Of a stretch of 32,000 nt of DNA, positions 9,101 to 17,246 are shown piece by piece; within the stretch, counting starts at the first letter, position 1, and every line of letters starts with the position of its first letter. The DNA lies in contig NC_008818.1 of the NCBI RefSeq assembly GCF_000015145.1, positions 690,001 through 722,000 on the forward strand, in the 5' to 3' direction. The notes beneath the pieces are model-generated. The model was not told the DNA's origin. It searched no databases and worked only from the letters and a program-made list of their open reading frames with translations. The position numbers and the translations under genes are program-made. Source of the stretch: Hyperthermus butylicus DSM 5456 (lineage in GTDB: Archaea > Thermoproteota > Thermoprotei_A > Sulfolobales > Pyrodictiaceae).

Positions 9101-9716
9101 TGCCTTCACAAGTCCACACGGCACCACAGTGTCTAAGGATGCAACCTTCCTAGCCTACGGGAGGGTGTCCAGTATAGCTGGCGTAGAGTTGGGTGCTGTA
9201 GCGCTACCCAACATGAAGCCTGGCGCAGGCAAGGAGAAGGTAATCACTTGGGGGGCTGCGGGCAGGAAGCCTGAGGAGCCGGAGCCGGTGGGGTGGACGC
9301 TGGCTCTCAGCCTCGATTTAGCTTCGAAGGTCGAAGAAGAGGACCGCGTTATCTCAAGAAGTCTCTACAGCGACTTCGAGAGGGAGTGCCCGCTAGCCAT
9401 GCGTATAGCCCGGAAAATCGTACTCACCGGAAGCACCGACCTGCAAAGGATTGCGGAATCCCTGCTGGAAATGATTATCAGGCGGAACACGCCGGAGAGA
9501 CATAGGAGGAAAATTGAATACATAACTAAGCTTCTCAAGGAGGTCGCTATGGTGGCGCCGGCGCCAGCTAAGCTTCTAGAAGCTCTTGAATGTGGCCAGC
9601 TAAGAGTCGAGGAGGCCGAGAAGAGGCTTAACGGGTTCAGCAAGCTTGCATGTCTTGCACCCCTGCCCTGGCAGATAGTCCTTGCAGCCTACACAATATC
9701 ATCTGGGAGGAGGTGA
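6105..9716 (+). CDS. cmr2: Cas10/Cmr2 large subunit (1203 aa) with HD and cyclase GGDD motifs
   Basis: The N-terminal LAALLHDPAWKP (H14-D15, nt 6144-6149) and AEADKLAASLDRW are typical of the Cmr2 HD region. A Zn-finger-like pair reads HECSMCG...CPYCLVRR. Palm motifs are YYAIVRGDGDYFG and YAGGDDVAAL (GGDD at nt 8766-8777). Confidence 0.95.
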   Translation: MSRLHMVKLAALLHDPAWKPWIVASAFPGKTGTVGRVLAKVAGKSAPAGELVKVEECEELMKKMKTYTIEADAHQLDAAAAAVAILDGLRDAPIIEKLILDEKGVVAEADKLAASLDRWVLTYKHREARDVKVDVGDVAYANPLDPRFKMPESMRSIDAGVVCRYVMKLKQLYGDARELPYPLLYNLFYLLLEPLWYEVCRACIPLADTRTPTHTVFDHVYATAAMVNWLYPGGGKPGGFLVKVDVAGIQGFISASRKTRDLWAGSWLVSALAWFTVSEAVMLLGGDIVLSPYNPANPFFMATVLEELRLAGSEYSGLVRFVEDKVERAYLWKGAANQPVIPGTIFLALPCIDEDDYERLRLEAEKLKTVSDDVFKLLEALRSCDGEKLRKYFIGRFWEGWRKVWCAAIESARVGRGCNIEKFAETIVDLGVTDLSPEAVREYLEASRNNPPMQLRIVVINIEDEYDRLLGWLREKKGKLSSLRVEEAAQKLLFTWLFTRALPEAEEREYAKSVSIDAGFAIAESLEEATSKPLKPEFHECSMCGRLPAIVHLADAAKVREFAERLGVPVVLFSEGESLCPYCLVRRLVSTSDAIRRIMNGLNLYYSLNPRQLYTRPPSTDELAAMDKLLAIVDALSKDEQLAAELRSFFCKDDNGRNACEYRGKYVSEIVERYAYTKAGQKAKEILGLLEAIYDKLLGEFGEEFPHMLIAGILASEQRCASHLAKSVAKIREKREERVGSEVQEKAREVCSLLAKLYSRADGVAGRYYAIVRGDGDYFGSRIIKGVLDFKSSRDYVEEMLKAIRDEGARSRLAPVYSEIATLLVDLMEEMKPETPSSGCKKGCKALPKPATLVTPTYYMALSRGQMITALYDAEIVAMLGGFPVYAGGDDVAALAPGYISKGRLENLIKGYATRATHIKDSIRADTGFVPALIALYTRKNYWGLLWAGRGFHRTPIGAVYPAPVAYGRSYGIYIVHYRDPFMAAWRSAGDLEEYKDVIAFTSPHGTTVSKDATFLAYGRVSSIAGVELGAVALPNMKPGAGKEKVITWGAAGRKPEEPEPVGWTLALSLDLASKVEEEDRVISRSLYSDFERECPLAMRIARKIVLTGSTDLQRIAESLLEMIIRRNTPERHRRKIEYITKLLKEVAMVAPAPAKLLEALECGQLRVEEAEKRLNGFSKLACLAPLPWQIVLAAYTISSGRR

Positions 9717-10828
9717 GCCTCCTCGTGAAAGGATTCTCACTGCTTTTCGAGCCTCTGAGCTTCGGGAACTACAAGTGGCAGGGCGCGTTTGGCCCCTCGC
9801 TGAGGGGGCCGCAGGCCTACTCTCGTTCCTCGCCGCTACCACTACCATCAACGATGGCTGGTGCTGTTGCGGCAGCTGCCATAACGGCTCTTGGCGGCAA
9901 CCTCTGCAGGGACGAGTGCAGGGGTAGCAGCTACCCCTACTGCAGCGTGGCTGGGACTTTGGAGGAGAAGCTCTGCCGGGGGGCGAGGCTGAGGGGCCCC
10001 TTCTACTATGTTGAGGGTGGTGGCTCGCGTGTGGCCTGTATGTACCATACGGAGAATAGCCTCATCTGCATCGACGATAGCGGCAAGGCTGGAATAGTTG
10101 GTGTGGCGCAGCTTCAGAGCGTGGGTATAGCGTTGGATAGTCTTTCGAGGAGCGCCCTGGAAGGCTACATCTACACGCTACTCTCCGTAGACCTTACAGC
10201 TACAGCCAAGAGGGTAGCAGAGAGGTTCGAGCTCCCCCACGTTAAGAGGTATGGGGTTCTCGTTGAGGTCCACGGAGAGTGCGGCACCGCAGAAAGAGTG
10301 GACGGTGCTATCGTTGTTCTAGGTGGCGAACAGAGGCCCCACCGGCTACACGTCCTAAACAGCCAGCCGCTCACAGAGTTACTAAAGGCAGTCCTGGAGA
10401 GAGCTGGTGGAGACTGCTACTACTGGCACATAGCAACACCCATACTCCTCTGCCGCGACACCATGCCGGAGGAGTGTAGGGAGGCGCTAGGGTCTCCCAG
10501 GGAGCTGCTTGAAAAATGTCTCGTGGAGAAGGTGATGGGTCTCAAGCCATGCCCTAGAGGGAGGCTGGTGCCGGAGGGTGGGAGGGTGAGGTTCTCCGCC
10601 ATAGGCCTAGGCTACAGCCACTGCAGCTGGCACCAGGGGAGGTGGGCTGGGGGCAAGAGGAAGTATTGTGCAGCCATAATGCCAGGCTGGGGGATCATCG
10701 CAGAGCGAGTGGCAGACTGGGAGTCCTGGTATGTTAGTGGCGTAGGCTCCTATAGCCAGCTAGGCTGGGGCACAATAGCACCCTTACCATTAGACTTTCT
10801 TGAGAGCCTACGATGCACCGACGAGTAA
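9713..10828 (+). CDS. cmr3: Cmr3 (type III-B RAMP subunit)
   Basis: The GTG at 9713 overlaps the cmr2 TGA (GTGA). The N-terminus LLFEPLSFGNYKWQGAFGP fits l.i.P.dpl.fr.grPF. Internal VVLGGEQRPHRL fits the GGegR motif, and the C-terminus has GWGTIAPLP. The track start at 9650 would overlap cmr2 by 67 nt. Confidence 0.8.
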   Translation: MSLLVKGFSLLFEPLSFGNYKWQGAFGPSLRGPQAYSRSSPLPLPSTMAGAVAAAAITALGGNLCRDECRGSSYPYCSVAGTLEEKLCRGARLRGPFYYVEGGGSRVACMYHTENSLICIDDSGKAGIVGVAQLQSVGIALDSLSRSALEGYIYTLLSVDLTATAKRVAERFELPHVKRYGVLVEVHGECGTAERVDGAIVVLGGEQRPHRLHVLNSQPLTELLKAVLERAGGDCYYWHIATPILLCRDTMPEECREALGSPRELLEKCLVEKVMGLKPCPRGRLVPEGGRVRFSAIGLGYSHCSWHQGRWAGGKRKYCAAIMPGWGIIAERVADWESWYVSGVGSYSQLGWGTIAPLPLDFLESLRCTDE

Positions 10829-10863
10829 GCTCTTTAGGCCGTAGAAGTGCGTGGTGAGCCTTC

Positions 10864-11685
10864 TTGAGTCTGAGCGGGGGGCTTGAAAACCTCGCAAAAC
10901 TCCTATCCCCAAGGCATGTAGAGAAAGTTGAAGCCCAGGTCAGCATTGTGGGAGACGTGTGGAACCGGCTTCTCAGCGAGGCCCGCTTGTCCGGCGAGAC
11001 TATAGAGACGGAGCCCGGTAGCGTCTGCAGGGTTTCGCTGAAACGCCTGAAGGAAAGTATGAGGAGGATAGTTAAGGATAGAAGGACGCACGCGGCCGTG
11101 AGAAGGGCTCTTGAGGGGCTTCTCAGCAAGCTCGGGAAGGGAGATCTGGGCTGCCCCGAGCCGGGGGCGGAGCTGGCCTCCAAGGTGGAGCATGTGAAGA
11201 AGCTCGTTGAAAAACTGTCCAAAACACTTTATGACGATCTCGACTGCGGCCAGCTGTGCGGCAGAGACAAGCGCTGCCAGGACAACTGTCATGTCGTGCT
11301 CGCCGAACTCATCGGGGAGATAAACTTTATGGGGTTCCTGCTGGACACATGCTACAATACTGAGAGGTTCAAAAGGCTCTACAGGGCGCTGAGCAGCCTG
11401 CTAACATGTCCTAGCCTGGATGAGGGGGATAGGCAGGCACTAGCTACACTGGTAGTGGCGGCCACACTCCTCCTAGCTGAGAACTATAGGGAGATAGACT
11501 GGCTCTATGAGCTGCTGAGGGCTAAGCTCGGCCTGCCAGTCACTCCGTGGCTTGGAGATGTTGCAGCCCTAACCTACGCTACAGCAGGCATACTCGGCGC
11601 CGATAAGCTCGGTACAAGCGTACGCTTCAACGTAGAGACCGTCGGCAAGCTGGTGGCAAAACTGCTAGAGTGCAGAACAGCCTAA
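10864..11685 (+). CDS. Hypothetical protein, seventh gene of the cmr operon (273 aa, predicted helical, CX3CX5CX3C cluster)
   Basis: TTG is the first available start, after an in-frame stop at 10855-10857 and 35 nt after the cmr3 stop on the same strand. The composition is K/E/L-rich and protein-like, whereas the two antisense ORFs are S/P/R-rich. I see no RAMP G-rich loop or other Cas motif. Confidence 0.6.
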   Translation: MSLSGGLENLAKLLSPRHVEKVEAQVSIVGDVWNRLLSEARLSGETIETEPGSVCRVSLKRLKESMRRIVKDRRTHAAVRRALEGLLSKLGKGDLGCPEPGAELASKVEHVKKLVEKLSKTLYDDLDCGQLCGRDKRCQDNCHVVLAELIGEINFMGFLLDTCYNTERFKRLYRALSSLLTCPSLDEGDRQALATLVVAATLLLAENYREIDWLYELLRAKLGLPVTPWLGDVAALTYATAGILGADKLGTSVRFNVETVGKLVAKLLECRTA

Positions 11686-12373
11686 AACTATACCCTTGCC
11701 ACGAGAACAGCCACCAAGATCATGGCCTGCCATTTTATGCCAAGAAGCTAGCCAAGTCTATACCCCCAAGGAAACCGAGGAAGCTGCAGGAAGAGGCCAT
11801 GGCGTGGAGGACTTGTGAAGCCTCCTGAGCCCGAGCGATTTTTCATGGCTCTCCGCTACCAGCTCCGTGTTAGCCCTGAGAGAATCCTCTAACTACTCTA
11901 TCGCCGTCCGAGTGTTTATCAGAATGCCCATGGGCAAGAAGGCTTCAAAACCAATGAATGCTATTGCTTACAGAAGGCTCGGCCCAGAGAACAGTGAAGT
12001 CTACGTAAACATGGACGCGTATCCTAGTGCACGAGCTAAAAAGAATTCGAGAAGGAGGCCCCGGAAGTATTACGAGGACAACCGGGACGAATAGCGGGAG
12101 GAACAACCCCCTGCTCCACCATCGAGAACAGCTTCTAAGATTACTGGTCAACTACGCCAGGAGCCACCCGCCAAGGCCATACCAGAGCGCTTACTAGCAT
12201 ACCTGCACAACCACAAGCCTACGATCCTAGCTACCAGGCTATGCCGTAAGCTCGACAAGTTAGCCAGGGATTACCTAAACGACATAATTCTATCGCCGAC
12301 ACTTCCTAACATTAAGTAGCAATGGCAAGCAATGGTTCCTCCCAGTCAGATGCCATATCTATATGCCAAAGCT

Positions 12374-15300
12374 CTTACAATTCTCTTTTGAGTTGTTCGC
12401 CCGCTCCAGGACTCGGCACGGACCTCTATCCTAGTGCCTCCGTTCTTGCAATTCTCTTTTGAGTTGTTCTAGGCTATGTCAAAAGAGAAATCGCTATAAG
12501 AAAAACATCTTGCAATTCTCTTTTGAGTTGTTCGAGCGCCTGCTGCAGATCATAGAGTATGAATTGTCGAAGGAGACTTGCAATTCTCTTTTGAGTTGTT
12601 CAGGGAGGATAAGGACGACCCGCTGGAGGCAATAGCAATAGGTGTCATCTTGCAATTCTCTTTTGAGTTGTTCCCTGGCGAACATGGTTATCGTGCTGCC
12701 GCCCTCGTAGCCAAACGCCTTGCAATTCTCTTTTGAGTTGTTCACGAGTGAGGTACGGGCGTCGAGGAAAACTACGGTACATGATTGTCTTGCAATTCTC
12801 TTTTGAGTTGTTCATTTTTGCCGTTTGGTGGGAAGGTTCTCCCACCTGCTCACTTCTCTTGCAATTCTCTTTTGAGTTGTTCAGTGGTGACAAGGCAGCA
12901 AGTAATAGTGCAACTCTGCATACCGAAAGACTTGCAATTCTCTTTTGAGTTGTTCAGGTGGAGAGGCTGCTGGGCGGTGAGGCCCTGGCAGGTATAAAGA
13001 CTTGCAATTCTCTTTTGAGTTGTTCATCCACTCCTCCCTGCTTACCTTCCTCTTTACGACTAGTCTTGCAATTCTCTTTTGAGTTGTTCCTATGTCCTCC
13101 TCCCGTAGGCTCAGGGGCCAGGGCATTAGAACTTGCAATTCTCTTTTGAGTTGTTCCAGCAGTTGCTCTAGGGTCTTCGGCACCCACATGGAGTGCTGTG
13201 GTGCTTGCAATTCTCTTTTGAGTTGTTCGGAGGTGAGAGGTATGAGTAGAAAATGTAAATTCGTATCTTGCAATTCTCTTTTGAGTTGTTCAGATGAGAT
13301 AGAGCAGCTGCTAGAGGAGTGCGAAGCCGTTGACTTGCAATTCTCTTTTGAGTTGTTCCAAACCTGCGCTACCTCAACGACCTACCACCAACTATTGATA
13401 TCTTGCAATTCTCTTTTGAGTTGTTCAGATGAGATAGAGCAGCTGCTAGAGGAGTGCGAAGCCGTTGACTTGCAATTCTCTTTTGAGTTGTTCCAAACCT
13501 GCGCTACCTCAACGACCTACCACCAACTATTGATATCTTGCAATTCTCTTTTGAGTTGTTCCCAGGTACGGTGACCTACTGCTTAAACCCGACTGCCTAG
13601 CACCAGGAGGGGATCTTGCAATTCTCTTTTGAGTTGTTCCATTATACCGATGATGTTCAGTACTGCTACAGCAATGGCAGCCTTGCAATTCTCTTTTGAG
13701 TTGTTCTGGTGGAGATTGTGAAGTGAGGTGATCGGCATGCAGATGTCTTGCAATTCTCTTTTGAGTTGTTCAAGAGAGGTGGCAGTGAGGAAAACGTTGA
13801 TTGTGATGGAAGAAATCTTGCAATTCTCTTTTGAGTTGTTCGCGTGGTGCTATGGGTCGTCGAGGACTAGGAGGGCGAAGAGTCTTGCAATTCTCTTTTG
13901 AGTTGTTCCCTCCTCGGAGAGCGTTACATTGCTGAGATATGCCTTTACTTGCAATTCTCTTTTGAGTTGTTCTCACATGGCTCGGTTTTCCCCCAAAATC
14001 ACGCATTCATTGTACGTCTTGCAATTCTCTTTTGAGTTGTTCATTAATCAAATCACAATCATTGGGAGCTGCGATCAACAAAAGAACACTTGCAATTCTC
14101 TTTTGAGTTGTTCCAAGCATCACCGCATCTACCGGCTCCTGCTACGCCTCGGCCCCAGGACTTGCAATTCTCTTTTGAGTTGTTCTTGATTGTAGGCGCG
14201 CAAGGCGGTGGTGGCAATAACGCTTTCGCCTTGCAATTCTCTTTTGAGTTGTTCTGGCACGCTGGAAGTACTACTACAACGGAGTGAACCAGTTGGACCC
14301 TTGCAATTCTCTTTTGAGTTGTTCCTTCGTCCTGTTCGGCAGTATCAACTATGTGAAGACTGAGATGCCTTGCAATTCTCTTTTGAGTTGTTCTCGCTCG
14401 CTGGCGGTGGCGTCGTCGAGATCGCAAAATCGAATCCTTGCAATTCTCTTTTGAGTTGTTCATACAGCTTCGAGGAACGCGAAGAGCCTGGCCGCTTGCT
14501 TCTTGTCCCTTGCAATTCTCTTTTGAGTTGTTCCAGTATGCATAGACAAGTCTATCGGCAGGATAGAGCCCTATATCAAGGCTTGCAATTCTCTTTTGAG
14601 TTGTTCAGAGGATGTTCGAGGAGCGGCTGAGGGAGATGCAGGAGACGATACACTTGCAATTCTCTTTTGAGTTGTTCTTAGTAGAATCATAGAAGAAGGT
14701 AGTATCAGCATCTTGATAGATCTTGCAATTCTCTTTTGAGTTGTTCTTGAAAAAAGACCTGCATGAGGTGGCTCATCATGCGCTTGCTTGCAATTCTCTT
14801 TTGAGTTGTTCAGAGCCCGTTCACCCGCATAGCGGTCAAATGGGAGCCCAGCGCTTGCAATTCTCTTTTGAGTTGTTCACCGGTGAGAGGGATGGTAAGG
14901 GTCGAGTTTCAGATCAATACACTTGCAATTCTCTTTTGAGTTGTTCTTCACATCATTCATTGAGTACACAACAGGAGAGAGCTACATAGAGGCTTGCAAT
15001 TCTCTTTTGAGTTGTTCATAGTCATCGAATACAACGGCATATTCATGATGGAATGCAAACCTTGCAATTCTCTTTTGAGTTGTTCAGACCCTGAGAAACG
15101 AGACAGACTACCCGCCAGCCAGGCTCTGGAGGCTTGCAATTCTCTTTTGAGTTGTTCACGTTAGAAACCCCGATGCAGCGATAAAGACACTGAGCCTTGC
15201 AATTCTCTTTTGAGTTGTTCGATATTCCACGTAGACCACCACGAGACAAGCATACCGTTCGCTTGCAATTCTCTTTTGAGTTGTTCCTACATCTCGCTGC

Positions 15301-15556
15301 GCTACAGCAGCAAGGACGAGGCGTCCACTTGCAATTCTCTTTTGAGTTGTTCAAGACCATGAGTGCACAACGATGCAGCAGTTCTACATAGTCTTCAATG
15401 ACTTGCAATTCTCTTTTGAGTTGTTCGAAGAAGGTTGGCAACAAATGGAGGGGCGTTAAAGCCCTTGCTTGCAATTCTCTTTTGAGTTGTTCAGCAAGCT
15501 GAAGTTTAAACTCTGCAACGTGGAGAGCTGCCTTGCAATTCTCTTTTGAGTTGTTC
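12374..15556 (-). CRISPR. CRISPR array, 47 x 25-bp repeats and 46 spacers (38-53 bp, mean ~44)
   Basis: The repeat as written on the plus strand is CTTGCAATTCTCTTTTGAGTTGTTC. The first copy is 12374-12398 (variant cttAcaatt) and the last is 15532-15556; all others look identical. The minus-strand reading GAACAACTCAAAAGAGAATTGCAAG ends in ATTGCAAG, cf. the crenarchaeal ATTGAAAG 5' handle, hence the minus-strand assignment. That strand call is an inference. Confidence 0.97.
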
Positions 15557-16028
15557 TGCACTGTGGGGGTGTTGGGGTTTCTCTGTTGAGTTGGGGGTCC
15601 GGGTTTTCTCCCGGTTTTGTGGCTGTTTTATTTCTTTTGGTTTCCTGGGGGCGTACTTGTGGCTATGGATTTGGGGTTGGAATGTGTTCTCATGGATTTG
15701 TATGGGTTTGCATGGAGCAATGCAAGAACACTTGCAGTTCCGCCACGTGTATGTTCGCAAGAAGACATATATAGAATTGCAAGAAACTCTGACAGCAATG
15801 GACACCCACAACACAGGATAGGAGAACATAGTGGGACAAAACAACTAGCTGTAGGATGCGCGTTGTAAAGGGTTCTGGAACAGGTTTGCTATGTGTTGGG
15901 TTGGTGGTGTGTTTTGTGGGTGGGATTGCTGTGGTGGGTGTGTTGTGGGGGTTCAGTGCCCAAGGATTTCTTCATGCCCCCCTTTCTGTGGGGGTCTGGG
16001 GCCCATCAGTTCATCATGGGGTGTTGGG
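15557..16028 (-). promoter_or_regulatory. Inferred CRISPR leader (472 bp, non-coding, strongly strand-skewed)
   Basis: It lies between the last repeat and the stop of the convergent methyltransferase gene. The ORFs here are low-complexity G/V/W/C artefacts. Candidate minus-strand TATA elements are at 15626-15633 (aaataaaa) and 15767-15773 (tatatat). Confidence 0.6.
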
Positions 16029-17246
16029 TTATGGTTTCTTGCGTAGGCGTGCTATGTAGTAGCCTGTTGTGCGGTGTACGTGTGGGTGGCTGCGCTGTGC
16101 GTACCATGCCTGGTTTAGGCCTCTGCTGAACCTGTGGTATTGTGGTTCCTCCGGGTTTAGGCCTAGCTTCTCTATGGCGTATTGTGTGTTTTCCTCGTTC
16201 TCCATTAGTGTCATGGTGCATGTTGAGTAGACTAGTACTCCGCCTGGCTTGAGCAGCTTGGCTGCTGCGCGGAGGAACTGGCGCTGGTACTCCGCGGTGT
16301 TGGCGACGTCTCGGAGTGTCTTACGGTCGTAGATCTTGGGGATTACGCCTAGGCTTGTGCATGGGGGGTCTAGGAGCACGTAGTCGGCGACCCCGCTGCC
16401 GAGGATGCGGTCGAGGTATCTGGAGTCAGCCCGTATGACCTCTATGCGGGTGTGGCCGAGCCGGCCTAGCTCCATTCTCATCCTCTCGGTCTTCCTGGCG
16501 GAGTGGTCTACGGCGATGATCCTTGCCTCGCCCCTTACTAGCTCGTAGATGTGGCTTGTCTTGCCTCCGGGGGCTGCGCACATGTCCACTATAACTGCTC
16601 CGGGCTCCGGGTCTAGGATCCTGGACGCGTACATGGAGGGGAGGCTTTGCTCGTAGATGACGCCCCGGCGCCACCACACGGTGTCCCGGAGGCTTGGCAC
16701 CCGGTAGCGGGGCCGGACGTTGACCGCTACGAGGCCCCTCCCCTCCTCCATTGCACGGCGGTAGTCCTCGGCTAGCACGGCGTTGGCGACGGGTACGCCG
16801 TTCTCCGAGACTACTGTGACCTCTGCTCCGGGGTTGGCGCACGCCTCGTCCAGCGCTACGACGCCGGGGGCGTACACGTTCGCGCCCAGCATGATGCTCT
16901 CGGCGGCCCTCTTGTCGACCACTAGCCTGCACCCGGTGTCCCGGGGCTCCACGGGCCCCCGGACCGGGAGCCACAGGGCCTCCGGCAGCTCCTCGTCAGC
17001 ATAGACTTCCAGGCCCTGGGCCCTCATCTCGTCGAGCACCGTGCCGGGGTCAGCCCGGAGCACGTTTACCCGGACGTAGTACCTGGCGGGGGGCTCCAGT
17101 ATCGCCTGGAGCGCCGCGCTTAGGGCTCCGCCGTAGACCCTGCGCAGCTCCCGCAGCAGCCCAGCATCATAGTCTAGCTGGGGCGGCGCCCGGATGTCCT
17201 CCTGGATGTCCTCCTCCTGGATAGCGGGGTTCCGCACACGGGGCAT
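16029..17246 (-). CDS. NOL1/NOP2/Sun-family RNA (cytosine-C5)-methyltransferase with PUA-like N-terminal region
   Basis: The SAM motif reads VIVDMCAAPGGKT. The catalytic Cys motifs are LLDPPCTSLG and VYSTCT. The upstream ..VTVVSENGVPVANAVL..GLVAVNV is PUA-like. Confidence 0.9.
   Translation of the reverse strand: MPRVRNPAIQEEDIQEDIRAPPQLDYDAGLLRELRRVYGGALSAALQAILEPPARYYVRVNVLRADPGTVLDEMRAQGLEVYADEELPEALWLPVRGPVEPRDTGCRLVVDKRAAESIMLGANVYAPGVVALDEACANPGAEVTVVSENGVPVANAVLAEDYRRAMEEGRGLVAVNVRPRYRVPSLRDTVWWRRGVIYEQSLPSMYASRILDPEPGAVIVDMCAAPGGKTSHIYELVRGEARIIAVDHSARKTERMRMELGRLGHTRIEVIRADSRYLDRILGSGVADYVLLDPPCTSLGVIPKIYDRKTLRDVANTAEYQRQFLRAAAKLLKPGGVLVYSTCTMTLMENEENTQYAIEKLGLNPEEPQYHRFSRGLNQAWYAQRSHPHVHRTTGYYIARLRKKP

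Noticed and set aside
10734-11292. Two minus-strand ORFs (162 and 129 aa) opposite the unknown seventh cmr-operon gene
   Set aside because: Their composition is S/P/R/L-rich and shadow-like, whereas the plus-strand frame is K/E/L-rich and fits the operon spacing. The plus-strand gene was kept.
12494-15561. About 15 ORFs on both strands across the array with recurring peptides (NNSKENCK, EQLKRELQ, LQFSFELF, CNSLLSCS)
   Set aside because: They are translations of the 25-bp CRISPR repeat in different frames, interrupted by unrelated spacers. They are not genes.
15506-16129. Several overlapping 60-110-aa ORFs rich in G/V/W/C/F in the region right of the array
   Set aside because: They are low-complexity products of a G/T-skewed non-coding leader. 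They overlap each other in all frames and have no start context or protein-like composition.
16426-16974. 182-aa Arg/Pro/Gly-rich ORF on the minus strand
   Set aside because: It is an alternative frame of the m5C methyltransferase gene in GC-rich DNA. Similar A/G/P/R-rich shadows occur at 17391-17695, 18139-18600, 19006-19750, 20248-20995, 21143-21543, 21666-22240, 22427-22980, 23476-24101, 24417-24625, 27185-28078 and 28194-29081.
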